Below, one piece after another: positions 1 through 10,656 of a stretch of DNA of 64,000 nucleotides. Numbering within the stretch: position 1 is the stretch's first letter; each line of letters begins with the position of its first letter. A program made the position numbers and the translations under genes. The stretch is from positions 64,001 through 128,000 of the IMG/VR virus record IMGVR_UViG_3300027896_000001. One strand, given 5' to 3'. Below the pieces are notes generated by a model. That model had not been told where the DNA came from and ran no database searches. It worked only from the letters and a program-made list of their open reading frames with translations. The stretch is from a virus.

Positions 1-1755
1 ATTACGAAGCGCCTTTTCTTTTTCCAATTCTTCAAATCGCTTCATGTCAAAAGCGCCAAGCTGATCGCTGTATCTTTGCATTAATTTTGCGGCTTCCATC
101 GCTTTATCCATGTATTGTTTGAAAAGCGCTTTTTGCTCTTCATGAAGATGCTCAATCGATTTATAAACACTTTTTGAAGCTTCCAAAGAAAATTTTACAT
201 AAGTTTCCATATTGTTAGTATTTAAGTCACTAAAATATTTTTTGTCGATTGCAATCAGTTCTTCATAAGGAACATTCATGTTAATTCTTCTGGCAAGTTC
301 TGTAAGAACTTTAAATAAAAGCCGGCCCTCTTCATCGAAATATTGAAACAATAAAGTTATAATACATCGGTTTCTTACAGCGAATATTATATTCGTGTAA
401 GTGTCTTTAAAAATACAATCATATTTAAAAAAGGGCGAATTTTCCCTATTCTGAAGAATAATTTGAATTGCCTTTTCTTTTTCTTCTTCAGTCCCTTTTC
501 CAGTACGAATTTTATTTATTTTTTCATTTACATCAGAACCGGTAATTATATAATGTTTTCTTATTTCCTCACCAAGGCAGATCGTCATAGCATTTCCGCC
601 TCTTGAATTGACCGGTTGATGTGCGACAAAGCCTTCTCTGTCGTTTGATAAACTCGGCGAAGGATCAATTATTACGGTGTGCTTATACACATCGTTGTCA
701 TTAATATTTTTAAGGAAATTTTTTATCGCAGCAATGTGATAATATTGGGACATTATTACGTTTTTATTTATTTGTCTTGCAAGTTTTATTATAGCTTCAC
801 TTTCTTCATCTGTCACGCCATCATGAAGCACTACAAGCCCGTTTTCTAAAACATGTTTTACAACACCTTCACGGGCCAATATAGTATAGATTTGATCAAT
901 AAATTGTTCGTTTGTTTTTTTGACTTCATTTTTTTCTTTTGGCGCCATGTCTTTCAAAAGTTCCTCCGCAAGTTTTTCTTCATTACTTAATTCATTAACA
1001 GATGCGCTTTCTGAGAATGTTTCAAACGACGGGTTAGCATAAGGGCTGGGTCCTTCAGAAGGGGAAGGACTAGGTCCTTCAGAGGATACAGCCTCAGAAG
1101 GCATGGCTGCTCCCAACATTTCTGTTAATCTTCCTATAGGCGGTATAGGTGTTACATAGGTTCCACTTCCTCCACCTCCACTTCCACCAATACCAGCACT
1201 TATGTTTCCTATGGCACCTATAATTCCTCCAGCAAGACCTTGACCACCAGAACCCTGAACTGTTCCTAACTGATCAAGACGCGTTTCAAAAGGAGAAGGA
1301 TTAGGCCTTCCAATATTTCTAAGTTGTTGTACTGCTTCAGCTTGTTGGCGTCTTAATTGGTCTTCGTATGCATTTTGTCGAATAATTTCTTCCTCACGCA
1401 TTTGCCTTAATTCTATTTGCGCTCTTTCAAGATTAAATCGTGGATTGCCCAATCCCATAAAATATCTGAATACTGAACTTTCCTTTATATGGCCATCAGT
1501 AAGAGAATATAATATACTTTCGTCAATCCAATATTTCATGAATATTACATGCATTCCCGCAACGCTTGAAGAAATTATTTGCGGTTGAAGATTGCTGCTT
1601 TCGTTTTCTCTAGTATGAAGATTTGTAAGCAATCTGACGGCGATATTTGTGTCATCTTTCGAAATAATGTAAGCGCATAGATTATCAGCCAATGGATATG
1701 GATCACTTAGGAATCCGAATAGCTGAGGAATCCATGACTCTACAAATGAGTACAT
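1..1755 (-). CDS. Hypothetical protein, 3'-truncated by the window edge; central Gly/Pro/Ser low-complexity region
   Basis: Absent from the ORF track because it has no stop in the window. Starts MYSFVESWIPQLFGF after AAGGAGG; contains GIGGSGGGGSG and SEGPSPSPSEGPSP; in frame at base 1. Confidence 0.75.
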   Translation of the reverse strand, partial: MYSFVESWIPQLFGFLSDPYPLADNLCAYIISKDDTNIAVRLLTNLHTRENESSNLQPQIISSSVAGMHVIFMKYWIDESILYSLTDGHIKESSVFRYFMGLGNPRFNLERAQIELRQMREEEIIRQNAYEDQLRRQQAEAVQQLRNIGRPNPSPFETRLDQLGTVQGSGGQGLAGGIIGAIGNISAGIGGSGGGGSGTYVTPIPPIGRLTEMLGAAMPSEAVSSEGPSPSPSEGPSPYANPSFETFSESASVNELSNEEKLAEELLKDMAPKEKNEVKKTNEQFIDQIYTILAREGVVKHVLENGLVVLHDGVTDEESEAIIKLARQINKNVIMSQYYHIAAIKNFLKNINDNDVYKHTVIIDPSPSLSNDREGFVAHQPVNSRGGNAMTICLGEEIRKHYIITGSDVNEKINKIRTGKGTEEEKEKAIQIILQNRENSPFFKYDCIFKDTYTNIIFAVRNRCIITLLFQYFDEEGRLLFKVLTELARRINMNVPYEELIAIDKKYFSDLNTNNMETYVKFSLEASKSVYKSIEHLHEEQKALFKQYMDKAMEAAKLMQRYSDQLGAFDMKRFEELEKEKALRN

Positions 1756-1805
1756 TCATCCTCCTTTTTGTAAAAAAAAGAATAAATCTTTCTATAATTG
1801 TTATT

Positions 1806-2165
1806 TCATATCTTTTGAGATAATAACGCACGAGCATTATGGGCTGTTTCAACATTAGGACGGGTTATTCTAAGAATTCGTTTTATTTCAACCCACTCTT
1901 CCCAGGAATGGCAAACAAACACCTTTGCGCCACATTCGCGAAGTTTCTGTATTTTTATCGATTGTAATTTCTCAGGACCGCCGGCGAGCCTTTTCATTTC
2001 CACAAGAACAGGGCCTGTAAGGGCCATTGTGAAAAAGATATCGGGCTCGCCGTTGTCACTGGTTTTAATAATTTTAAAACATTCGCAATATTTTCCGAAA
2101 GAACGAAGATCGTTTAAGACTTTCGTCTGGTTTTTGGATTCTTCTGCCATATATCGGCCGCCCAT
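1806..2165 (-). CDS. VRR-NUC domain nuclease
   Basis: G-E-P-D..VEMKR..LQ..IQKLRECGAKVFVCHS is the VRR-NUC PD-(D/E)XK pattern; lies near the SNF2 helicase. Confidence 0.75.
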   Translation of the reverse strand: MGGRYMAEESKNQTKVLNDLRSFGKYCECFKIIKTSDNGEPDIFFTMALTGPVLVEMKRLAGGPEKLQSIKIQKLRECGAKVFVCHSWEEWVEIKRILRITRPNVETAHNARALLSQKI

Positions 2166-2216
2166 CTGATTAGTTTGATAAAAAATTTATATGTGGAATA
2201 TGTTCCGTTTTTTTTT

Positions 2217-2669
2217 CTAGGCTGGTACTTGCGCAGGTCCACTTGGAATTCTCATGGCGGATTTGAATTCTGTATTCAACGGAACAAATGTTTGACTTGT
2301 CGCTTGAGGATCTTTGGAAACATACAACCATCCTCCCGGAACCCTTACGACAGTTGTAAAACGGTCAAGTTCGAAAGATTCACCCAATTGGGAAGAATGG
2401 AATTTTTCAGCTAAAGCTAAAGCCATTGGAGTTAATTCTTTGGACTGAATAATATTAATATTAACTTTAAGTGCAACAATTTTTTTCTTTGCTTCTTCAA
2501 AATATGTTTCAATATGATTGGCTATCCATTCCTCTTTTGTACTATAATCCATACCTGGGCCAATCTCGCTTATTTCCATGTCTGTTTGTATTACTTCATT
2601 TTCGTAGGCATCTTGCGCCATAAGCATGATTACATATTGAAGAAATTCAGGATTATTCAAATTGTCCAT
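2217..2669 (-). CDS. Hypothetical protein
   Basis: 150-aa ORF with GGAGG RBS in a co-directional gene run. Confidence 0.7.
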   Translation of the reverse strand: MDNLNNPEFLQYVIMLMAQDAYENEVIQTDMEISEIGPGMDYSTKEEWIANHIETYFEEAKKKIVALKVNINIIQSKELTPMALALAEKFHSSQLGESFELDRFTTVVRVPGGWLYVSKDPQATSQTFVPLNTEFKSAMRIPSGPAQVPA

Positions 2670-2695
2670 TGTCCTCCCATGAAAAATGTAAACAT

Positions 2696-3022
2696 CTATT
2701 TAACTGTTAATTTATTTATGATTCGGTAGATGGTTTGAACATGAAGCTTGTATTCTTTTGCAAGATCTACTTTTGTTTTAAGGCGGCTTACATATGCGGA
2801 ATAAATCAATTGATTTCGTTCTTTTTTGGCGACACTTGCCTTATATTGAACTATTTCATACTTCGCTCTTAATTTAGCTACTTTTACCCTTTTTGATTCA
2901 ATACTTTGCTTTGTTATCACCTCTCCCGGGACAAATAAATGCAAAGCTATTTCTCTGTCAGTTTTATAAACTCTTTGCATTTCTAATAACTGTCGCCGTG
3001 TTATTCTTATGGATTTTTTCAT
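2696..3022 (-). CDS. Small basic protein with C-terminal helix-turn-helix
   Basis: KVDLAKEYKLHVQTIYRII is HTH-like; likely start MKKSIR after GGAGG. Confidence 0.55.
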   Translation of the reverse strand: MKKSIRITRRQLLEMQRVYKTDREIALHLFVPGEVITKQSIESKRVKVAKLRAKYEIVQYKASVAKKERNQLIYSAYVSRLKTKVDLAKEYKLHVQTIYRIINKLTVK

Positions 3023-3273
3023 TGGCCTCCTTGTATTTTTGAATAATACCCACATTCAGTAGCGAGTTTGAATCCGCAATCACAAGCAGCAACGCAGGTT
3101 TTACATTTACTTTTTTCCCATTTAACATTGAATTCTTCCGCGTGATTTTTAATCCATTCAATGATAAACGCGTCACCTGGATCCCTGTTTATTCTTACGC
3201 CTTCATCCCATTTATCCACCAGAATTTTTTTAATTTGAATATCAACTCTTCTTTTCATTTCTTCGCCGCACAT
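3019..3273 (-). CDS. Small Cys-rich hypothetical protein
   Basis: CKTCVAACDCG..C cluster; overlaps the next start. Confidence 0.55.
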   Translation of the reverse strand: MCGEEMKRRVDIQIKKILVDKWDEGVRINRDPGDAFIIEWIKNHAEEFNVKWEKSKCKTCVAACDCGFKLATECGYYSKIQGGQ

Positions 3274-3463
3274 AAGCAGCTCCTTGAAAAGAATTATAAT
3301 TATTCAGTCGGAAGCATGTCTTCCAAAATAGAATCACGTTCAGACGTGTCTTCGTCTTCAGGAAGACTTCTATCCGCATCTATTTCTTTTTCTTCCTCCG
3401 GATCTCTTAAAATTAAATCCGGGTCTAATTCTTCTTGGAATATTGGGTCCATACAAAACTCCT

Positions 3464-5275
3464 TTAAATAGCATTTTTTATAGCAAAAATTTTATTCATT
3501 TCTTCTGGATTTTTCAGGACTCTTGAAAGTTGAGACAGACTTAATGCCATATCTTGTTTAGCAAAAAGAGCTTTTAATGTAATTACATCCATAGAACTTT
3601 CTGCAACAAGATCTATAGCAGTTACTTTGTCTTTTTGTCCTTTACGGTGTTGACGACCAAGAGCCTGATCTCGTGTTATATATGATCGTGAATTACTATA
3701 AAATACCTGGTAATTTGAAAATTGGATATTTTGTCCAACTCCCATTTTTTTAGGATTTGCTACTACATATGGAACTCCGCTTTCTCTGAATATTTTTACC
3801 TGTTCGAAAGAGTCTTGGTTTCCATAACATGTTATGAACGAATTTTTTCCATATGCCTTTTCAAGAGTTTTTGATATCAATTGAATGGCTGGAATATAAT
3901 TCGTCCAAATAATAACCTGCCTTCCATCAGGTATATTATTCAATGTAGTCATAAGCAAATCCATTTTAGGGTTTTCTTCTAATATAATAACATTCCTGTC
4001 ATCATGTTCGCGACCAAAATCATCAATAGACACTCTTGTATTAATATAAAATCCAGAAGCTATCTGATGTAGTTTTCCAACAAGTACAAGAGCATTTTTT
4101 GCAACCAATTGAGCCTCGCATGATCGGTCGCAATTTTCTTTTCTGTCGCATTTGGAACACATATCATCAATGACAGCAACAAGGTTTTCTTTCATTTGAT
4201 TGTACAGTTTTAATTGCCCACCAAGCATTTCACAACTGTATTTTTCAAATATTAATTCAGGAAGATCGATGCATTCTTCCTTTTTAAACATAACAGATAA
4301 ATCGCCTGTAATTTTTTGTATTCGCTCTTTGGTGCCAGCGCAAGGAACCCAAACATATTGATCCGGATCAACAGGATACATATATCTTCTTCTAAACTCG
4401 TTATAAGTTGCGTACGGAACTGTATCAGGACCAAGGAAACGAAACGGCATATAAAATGACATTGCGTTGTTGGCATGAAGCGTACCGGTAACAATGTATT
4501 TATATCGAGCGCTTTCGAAGATGTTTATAATCGCCCGTGTCTGCAATGAAGTTGGGCTTCCTATTCTATGCGCTTCATCTAAAACTATCATGTCAAAAAA
4601 ATCGTCCGGTATATATTGGGCCAGTGTTCTCATCGTTTCATAACTGACCAAATAGATATCATAATCACGATTTTTTTTAGTCATGGTAAATTTTTTGTTG
4701 ATTATTTTATTTCCAAGAGCGGATGAATTTATAATGGCCCCTGTAAGATGGGGAGTTTGAACACGCATTTCCTCAATAACATTTTTTTTCAAATCAGCCA
4801 ATGTTATTATGAGTGCGTGTTTAATCATTCCTTTTTGAATTCTTTTATCAATAGCCCATAAATATGGGCCTGTTTTACAAGTCCCGACATCAGCTATGAT
4901 CGCCGATACGTCAGAATAATATATTGCATTAAATATTATTTTTTGATGGTTCAGTGGAGGATAAATACCCTTGCATTCATAATCGAATTTTATCGTTCCG
5001 CTGTATTGTTCTTTAATTTTCTGTATGTTTGCTATTCTTTTTTTATGATGTTCTATAAGAGTGGAAATTACTAATTTTGATGTTTTATCAAATTCAATTC
5101 CATAATGGCTGAATTGGCTAATGTGAACTCCAGCCTTTATAGGAATTAATATTTCGTATTTTCCACGCACTTTTTTTCCATCCATGACGGCCTGCATGGT
5201 CTCAAGAATATCGCCATCCAAGCATTCGATTATAAAATTATTCTTGTCAAATCTTGAAATTTTCATCTTAACCAC
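3464..5275 (-). CDS. SNF2/SF2 helicase
   Basis: Motif I DVGTCKT, motif II LDEAH, motif III VTGT, motif VI QALGRQHRKGQ; Cys-rich insertion. Confidence 0.9.
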   Translation of the reverse strand: MVKMKISRFDKNNFIIECLDGDILETMQAVMDGKKVRGKYEILIPIKAGVHISQFSHYGIEFDKTSKLVISTLIEHHKKRIANIQKIKEQYSGTIKFDYECKGIYPPLNHQKIIFNAIYYSDVSAIIADVGTCKTGPYLWAIDKRIQKGMIKHALIITLADLKKNVIEEMRVQTPHLTGAIINSSALGNKIINKKFTMTKKNRDYDIYLVSYETMRTLAQYIPDDFFDMIVLDEAHRIGSPTSLQTRAIINIFESARYKYIVTGTLHANNAMSFYMPFRFLGPDTVPYATYNEFRRRYMYPVDPDQYVWVPCAGTKERIQKITGDLSVMFKKEECIDLPELIFEKYSCEMLGGQLKLYNQMKENLVAVIDDMCSKCDRKENCDRSCEAQLVAKNALVLVGKLHQIASGFYINTRVSIDDFGREHDDRNVIILEENPKMDLLMTTLNNIPDGRQVIIWTNYIPAIQLISKTLEKAYGKNSFITCYGNQDSFEQVKIFRESGVPYVVANPKKMGVGQNIQFSNYQVFYSNSRSYITRDQALGRQHRKGQKDKVTAIDLVAESSMDVITLKALFAKQDMALSLSQLSRVLKNPEEMNKIFAIKNAI

Positions 5276-5278
5276 TTT

Positions 5279-5761
5279 CTAGTTAACAAAGTTAAAAAAC
5301 CCGGTCTTAATATTATTGTTCTCAACTATGCAAACTAATTGTAGTTTTTTTTCGTTACTCCAGCTTTTAAGATCTATAGTATATCTAAATTCAATTCCAT
5401 CCGGAGTATTCTTTGATTTATCCTTAATGAAGTTACCTTTCTTGCGTGCATCAGCTATCAATGTTATTATAAATGATTTTAAGTTGGAAGGCATTAATAA
5501 ACATTCAGATTTTGCATCTTTGAACACGTCCTTGTAAATAATAGAATTTTCCAATGCAAGGCCTTCCAAACGTTCAGACAATTGTTTAAAAGCATGAGCT
5601 GACATATCCAGTCCGTAACTTCCATCAGCTCCTTCCTGAGACAACTCGTCCCTGAGATCGTCAATTATTCTATGCATATTATGTATTTTTAATTCAAGAG
5701 TAAACAGGTCAGTAAGCAATTCCGCATATTGAAGATATTTATCTTCTAGAGAATCTTCCAT
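5279..5761 (-). CDS. Hypothetical protein
   Basis: 160-aa ORF coupled to the upstream gene. Confidence 0.7.
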   Translation of the reverse strand: MEDSLEDKYLQYAELLTDLFTLELKIHNMHRIIDDLRDELSQEGADGSYGLDMSAHAFKQLSERLEGLALENSIIYKDVFKDAKSECLLMPSNLKSFIITLIADARKKGNFIKDKSKNTPDGIEFRYTIDLKSWSNEKKLQLVCIVENNNIKTGFFNFVN

Positions 5762-6471
5762 TATGTTTCCTCCTTAAAAACTATTGTTCCGTATTCGTGT
5801 AATGGGTCAGGTTCGGTAGAAACATATTTAAAATCATTAAGATTTTTTCTAAAATTTCTGACAATCTCCGGTAGATTTCCTGTTTTTGCATACAGGCCAG
5901 AATATGTTTTTTTCAATTTAAAAGAAAAATAAGATTCTTCTTTTGAATGAATTAAATATGCCACCAATTTTCCGGATGTTAATAAAGTATGCGTATTATC
6001 AGCAAACGAAATATTATAATTAAATGCGTTTTTAATACCATGAGTTACGATATAATGTTTAGACAAGGATATTGCTCCACTTTTTGTAAAATGAGGATTT
6101 ATATCAAAATAACATTGCGGATTATTATTAAATTCTTTTTTCACAAAAATAAAATCAACTGGTCGAATTCTGAATATTTCGTTCTTTATTAAAAATGTAT
6201 TTTCGCAATAACATTGAACTTTTTTTCCTATATAAGGTTGAAAAATAATCGGTGTTTTTATAAATATTCCTTTTCCTACTTTGACTTTACAATACAGTCT
6301 TGAAGAGTCTGTATGTTCATTTGTTTTGGCAAGAGCGACAAGAATTGTTTTATTATCCACATCACGGATAAAAATAAATTTTATATATCGCACGCCAAGA
6401 TTAATAAGTTTCAAAATTATCTCTTCATCATTGAAGTGAAAATTTGTTTTTCCAATAACAGATTCAATCAT
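5761..6471 (-). CDS. Hypothetical protein
   Basis: 236-aa ORF in the operon. Confidence 0.7.
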   Translation of the reverse strand: MIESVIGKTNFHFNDEEIILKLINLGVRYIKFIFIRDVDNKTILVALAKTNEHTDSSRLYCKVKVGKGIFIKTPIIFQPYIGKKVQCYCENTFLIKNEIFRIRPVDFIFVKKEFNNNPQCYFDINPHFTKSGAISLSKHYIVTHGIKNAFNYNISFADNTHTLLTSGKLVAYLIHSKEESYFSFKLKKTYSGLYAKTGNLPEIVRNFRKNLNDFKYVSTEPDPLHEYGTIVFKEET

Positions 6472-6495
6472 GTTTGCCTTTCTGTTAAAAAAAAC

Positions 6496-6521
6496 GAGAA
6501 AGCTACCTATGTAGCTTTCTC
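6496..6521. terminator. Intrinsic terminator-like hairpin
   Basis: gagaaagctac/gtagctttctc stem with T-runs on both strands. Confidence 0.6.
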
Positions 6522-6631
6522 AGTTTTTTAGCCACAGCTTTAATACTTTTTTTGACGTGAATTAATACAATTAATTTTGCTGATTCTTCCGCGACTATTG
6601 TAAGAATACAAGTCGCAATAAATTTAATCAT
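6503..6631 (-). CDS. 42-aa hydrophobic/basic peptide
   Basis: MIKFIATCILTIVAEESAKLIVLIHVKKSIKAVAKKLRKLHR after an AAAGGAGG RBS; below the ORF track cutoff. Confidence 0.55.
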   Translation of the reverse strand: MIKFIATCILTIVAEESAKLIVLIHVKKSIKAVAKKLRKLHR

Positions 6632-6684
6632 AATCCTCCTTTTGGCATTTTCAGCCTCGGGGAGGCTTATATGCGTAAGAAGGA

Positions 6685-8808
6685 TTATGGATTTATAAAT
6701 CCTTTGCTTGTTGCTTCTTCTGAAGTAAAAGCATCAAACGTGGCTTTTGATTTTACCTTGGAAATAGAATCAAGTTCTTCTGTAGTTAATTCAATTCCTT
6801 TGTCTTCCAAAAGATCCTTCAATTGTGAAGGAGAAATACTGAGATAATTGATGAATTCAGTCATTTCTATATTCTTTCGCAAAAGCAATTCTACCGTTTT
6901 TCTCGTATCGTATTCACGGAATTTGGTTAAATAAAAATCCAATTTTGCTTTTTTATCAATAACAATTGGATCTTCACATTGCTTTGTAAAAGATTTGCAT
7001 AATTTTGAAAGACGTTCTATTTCGGCTTTATTGGTTTCGATTCTTTTCCAGGCAGCTCTGCATTCATCCACGCTTGATACCGAACAGGCAAATGGATCAT
7101 CAAGTTTGCCTGATATCAGTTTGTTAAACAAAGGACACATGCCGTCCTCACCTAACCAACAAGTATGACAATACTCGTTTCGCGTAGGTTGAAAAGCGGT
7201 TCCATCTGTTTTAAGTATTTCCTGTTCTATACTTTGTATCGTTGTATTTATCCAAAGAAGTGCTCTTTCAGCAACTTCTTTTGGATTGTTTATTTCATAT
7301 TCTATTGTTTCTCCAAACCTAACATATTCTATTCTTACTATAATTTTATTAAAACTTCTCTCAGGAAGAAATTTATACGCAAGAAGGATATATGTCATTG
7401 TTTGGTGATCTTCCATTAACTCTTTTATACTCATCATTTTTCTGGATGATTTGTAATCCGTGATGACGACATAATCTCCGAAATAACTTAAGACATCTAT
7501 GATTCCTCGGAAATAAGCATCATTGGCATAAAAGTCTTTAAGCGATTTCCAATCTTTATCAAAGACAAGTCGTTTTTCTGTCAAAGTCAAATCACCAGGA
7601 GTTAATGAAAAATCTTTTAAAGTGTAAAATCGATTCATAATATTTCTTACTTCAAGAATGACGTCGGGATCTTCGCATTTATAATAATTAATAGCATTCT
7701 CAACCATGGCGTTATAAGACGCGAGATCCGGCATTGATGGCTTTTCATAAGTATTATGATCGATTGTTTTGTCCATGTCAAAAATCAAATCAGAAATTGT
7801 AACCAAACCAGGAAAATAAGAAGAAATTTTTGTCCGAACATCGTAAAGATATTCTGCAAGTCCCCTTATTCCTTTATTTAAATATTTACTCTCTATGATT
7901 TTTTCATCTTCAGGAAAAATTTTAATGTGTTTTGATTCTGCATAAATACAGAATTTATTTTTAAATAATTCTTCATAACACCATTCTCCGGCTTTTTCAG
8001 CAATTCTATGACATATTTTTCCTGTTTTAAAATAATTTTTATCAGGTTCTTTTAAATTCTTCACATATTGCATATACCATTTAAAAGGACACTGATTAAA
8101 AAGATTTAAACGGGAATAAGAATATGTCTGAGTAGCAAACATTTGCTTGTCACGTTCTGAAATCACAACGCCAAGTTTAAGATTATTTATGTCTTCAGAA
8201 CTTGCGAGATTTTTAACAACACTTGTTTCTGCTGAATAAAGTTGTTGCACTTCGGCCGGCATTGCAAATAGTGGAGCATCCATTTTTTTGATTCTTTCCG
8301 CTTCTTCAGAAACAAATAACTTACAATAAAGTTCGATACATTTTTTAGCATCATATTCTGAACGGTGAGACTCAGAATCGTTCCATTCAATGTTTGCTCT
8401 TATGCAGGCAGTTTTTAATTTATTTCCACCTCTGTATCTATCCCTGCAAAGCAATAATGTATCAATTACTTTTTTTGGAGAAATGCGTAAAAATTTTATA
8501 TCGAAAGACAATACGTTATGTCCAACAACAGTTCTTTCCCCTATGAACGCGGCTATTTCTTCTCTTATTCCGTCAGTAAGATAATTAGGACAATTTTTTA
8601 CCATGTCAATAGTGATATGGTTGACGGCGGTAGCTTCGGGGTTTATATAATTGGACATTGGTTTACAAAGTTTTGTAATAATTTTTCCGATTTTATTACT
8701 GCGATTAAATTCAATTGCGGTTACTTCAACTATTTCGTCTTTTTGATCATTTAATCCGGTTGTTTCAACATCTACAGATACAAGGTCAAAAACAGGTGTT
8801 AAATCCAC
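6685..8808 (-). CDS. DEDDh 3'-5' exonuclease (DnaQ-like) fused to a PD-(D/E)XK RecB/AddB-like nuclease
   Basis: N-terminal DVETTG, GHNVLSFD, HRSEYDA; C-terminal YSYSRL..QCP, GIID..DYKS, CHTC..CP. Confidence 0.85.
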   Translation of the reverse strand: MDLTPVFDLVSVDVETTGLNDQKDEIVEVTAIEFNRSNKIGKIITKLCKPMSNYINPEATAVNHITIDMVKNCPNYLTDGIREEIAAFIGERTVVGHNVLSFDIKFLRISPKKVIDTLLLCRDRYRGGNKLKTACIRANIEWNDSESHRSEYDAKKCIELYCKLFVSEEAERIKKMDAPLFAMPAEVQQLYSAETSVVKNLASSEDINNLKLGVVISERDKQMFATQTYSYSRLNLFNQCPFKWYMQYVKNLKEPDKNYFKTGKICHRIAEKAGEWCYEELFKNKFCIYAESKHIKIFPEDEKIIESKYLNKGIRGLAEYLYDVRTKISSYFPGLVTISDLIFDMDKTIDHNTYEKPSMPDLASYNAMVENAINYYKCEDPDVILEVRNIMNRFYTLKDFSLTPGDLTLTEKRLVFDKDWKSLKDFYANDAYFRGIIDVLSYFGDYVVITDYKSSRKMMSIKELMEDHQTMTYILLAYKFLPERSFNKIIVRIEYVRFGETIEYEINNPKEVAERALLWINTTIQSIEQEILKTDGTAFQPTRNEYCHTCWLGEDGMCPLFNKLISGKLDDPFACSVSSVDECRAAWKRIETNKAEIERLSKLCKSFTKQCEDPIVIDKKAKLDFYLTKFREYDTRKTVELLLRKNIEMTEFINYLSISPSQLKDLLEDKGIELTTEELDSISKVKSKATFDAFTSEEATSKGFINP

Positions 8809-8818
8809 TGATGCTCCT

Positions 8819-9289
8819 TTACACTTGGTCTGAAGGTAATGGCGGTGGTTCTTTAGATTTCATTATATCTTTCATGTACTTTTCAAGTTTTTCAATTAAT
8901 TCAATATAAAATTTAATAGTAGAAATTTGAACATAATCTCTTTGTATTAATTCTCTTAATCCTGAAGACATGGCAAACATTTCATGTTCGTTAAAATTTG
9001 TCACTACTTTAGTTATTTCATTACGCAAAGTAATTCCGTGGGATTCCTGTATACCATCTTCTAATTCCAATACTCGTTTTCGGTATCCAACGGCTTGAGC
9101 AGATTCATCGGCGAACATTTTTTGAAGTTTACCAAGATGTTCATTTTTCTGTACTACATAATCACATAATCGTTTATTTAAATCAGAAGATTTTTTTTGT
9201 TCTTCTTTTATTTTTTGATATAAATAAACAACCCATCCTATAAAACCTATAATTGCTCCTATTAAAAAATTAATTATAAAAACACTCAT
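8819..9289 (-). CDS. Membrane-anchored coiled-coil protein
   Basis: N-terminal hydrophobic helix; GGAGG RBS; conserved promoter-like motif upstream. Confidence 0.7.
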   Translation of the reverse strand: MSVFIINFLIGAIIGFIGWVVYLYQKIKEEQKKSSDLNKRLCDYVVQKNEHLGKLQKMFADESAQAVGYRKRVLELEDGIQESHGITLRNEITKVVTNFNEHEMFAMSSGLRELIQRDYVQISTIKFYIELIEKLEKYMKDIMKSKEPPPLPSDQV

Positions 9290-9325
9290 TAACCCCTCCT
9301 AATTGTTATTTCATATCAAATAAAT

Positions 9326-9520
9326 TTAATAACCGTGAAGTTCTTTCAATTCTTTTAGTATTTCGTATGCAGTAGCAGTGTCGCTATATAAATGAATGTT
9401 CTGCTGTATCCAGTGGTAATTCTCTACTTTGTCCATAGGAATATTCAATAATAGGAGTTTTCTTTTTACCTCGTCGAATCGGATAACCCACGAATCTATT
9501 ATCTTCGGTTTCTCTTCCAT
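9326..9520 (-). CDS. Hypothetical protein
   Basis: 64-aa ORF in the operon. Confidence 0.5.
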   Translation of the reverse strand: MEEKPKIIDSWVIRFDEVKRKLLLLNIPMDKVENYHWIQQNIHLYSDTATAYEILKELKELHGY

Positions 9521-9731
9521 ATTGCCATGCCTTCTTTCTTCCTCTTGCTTCTCCGACTTTTTTGTAATCTCCAGTCATTACATAATACGTTACTCCTTTA
9601 GTCATCCCGCCATGATGTTCTAATTCTACACAACTTTTGAATATTTCTTTGACATTGAATTGCCTACCTATAAATCTACCATTATACCAAGATGTTGGTA
9701 AAGTAGATTTAATAATTTCTATTCTGCACAT
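9384..9731 (-). CDS. Hypothetical protein
   Basis: AAGGA RBS; 3' part overlaps 9326-9520. Confidence 0.45.
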   Translation of the reverse strand: MCRIEIIKSTLPTSWYNGRFIGRQFNVKEIFKSCVELEHHGGMTKGVTYYVMTGDYKKVGEARGRKKAWQYGRETEDNRFVGYPIRRGKKKTPIIEYSYGQSRELPLDTAEHSFI

Positions 9732-9754
9732 AGGCTTGTTTCCTTTTTAGATAA

Positions 9755-10388
9755 TGTTAAAAGGTTAATACAACTAAAATAGACAGCGAGAAGACGATCC
9801 GGCGAAGCACCTGAGCCAGTGCTGCTGACATCTCAAATCGAGTTGAAGCGCGCAGTGCCGACGACACGAGGCGACAGAAGTAATGAAAGAGTTCATGATA
9901 CGATGAGTTGGATGCGGGCAGGCTGAGCCGAAGGAGCAGCCGGACCTCAGACAGCTCATCGTGAAATGAACGATTTTCATTACTTCAAGACGAGTGCAGG
10001 TCGGAAAATCTTCAGCGAAGGATGACGCTGAAACACCTGAGCCCCTGACCGCATGGTCGAGGGGCCGAAGGCTTGTCTCATCTCCAGGCGCCCGCGAAGC
10101 GTGGCGAATATGGAGATGAGATGTTTTGAGGAATCCTGAAGCAATCGCGGGCTGGTGGCGCATAGCGGGAAGGGCTCGGGTCCGGCGCCTAGCGCCGGAT
10201 AAGAGCCCTGAAGCTCAATTGCGCCATCCAGAACGCGGTGGTGAAGATTTTAACGAGCACTTCGAATCGATCGATGTCAGCTGCTCTGGCGGTGGTGCTG
10301 GAGCCGTGTGAGGTGACGAGTGTGTTTTCTTTCGTCATTGATTGGCGAATCACCAACCTGGCAATAAACTTGTATTAACCTCTTAACA
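9755..10388 (-). ncRNA. Retron-like msr-msd cassette A (634 nt)
   Basis: 19-bp terminal IR (9755-9773 / 10370-10388) with a G-U pair on the minus strand; unpaired G at 10369 opposite G at 9774; hairpin loop TGATTCG at 10340-10358. Confidence 0.75.
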
Positions 10389-10395
10389 AATTTGA

Positions 10396-10656
10396 TAAAG
10401 TACAACTAAAAATGAATACGAGGGCGGGCTAGATTCTCCAGGAGGAGTAGCTGCAGTGCAGCATCAATCCGCCGACGCGGGGTCTGCACGTCGGGAAAAC
10501 AGACCAGTTTTACTGGTCTGATGAACCGACTGCACGACGCCGCGCTGGCGGAATTGATGCGAAACGCAGCGGAGCCTCCAGGAGAATAGGGCACGACGAG
10601 TTGTAATATTATTATCATCGATCGCCGAAACAGCGATCAAAAATGCTTGTACTTTA
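10396..10656 (-). ncRNA. Retron-like msr-msd cassette B (261 nt)
   Basis: IR taaagtacaa/ttgtacttta; G at 10646 opposite G at 10406; TGTTTCG hairpin at 10620-10638. Confidence 0.75.

Noticed and set aside
6685-8808. Cas4 as a sign of a CRISPR system
   Set aside because: The nuclease domain is fused to a DEDDh domain in a replication block, with no other cas genes or array.
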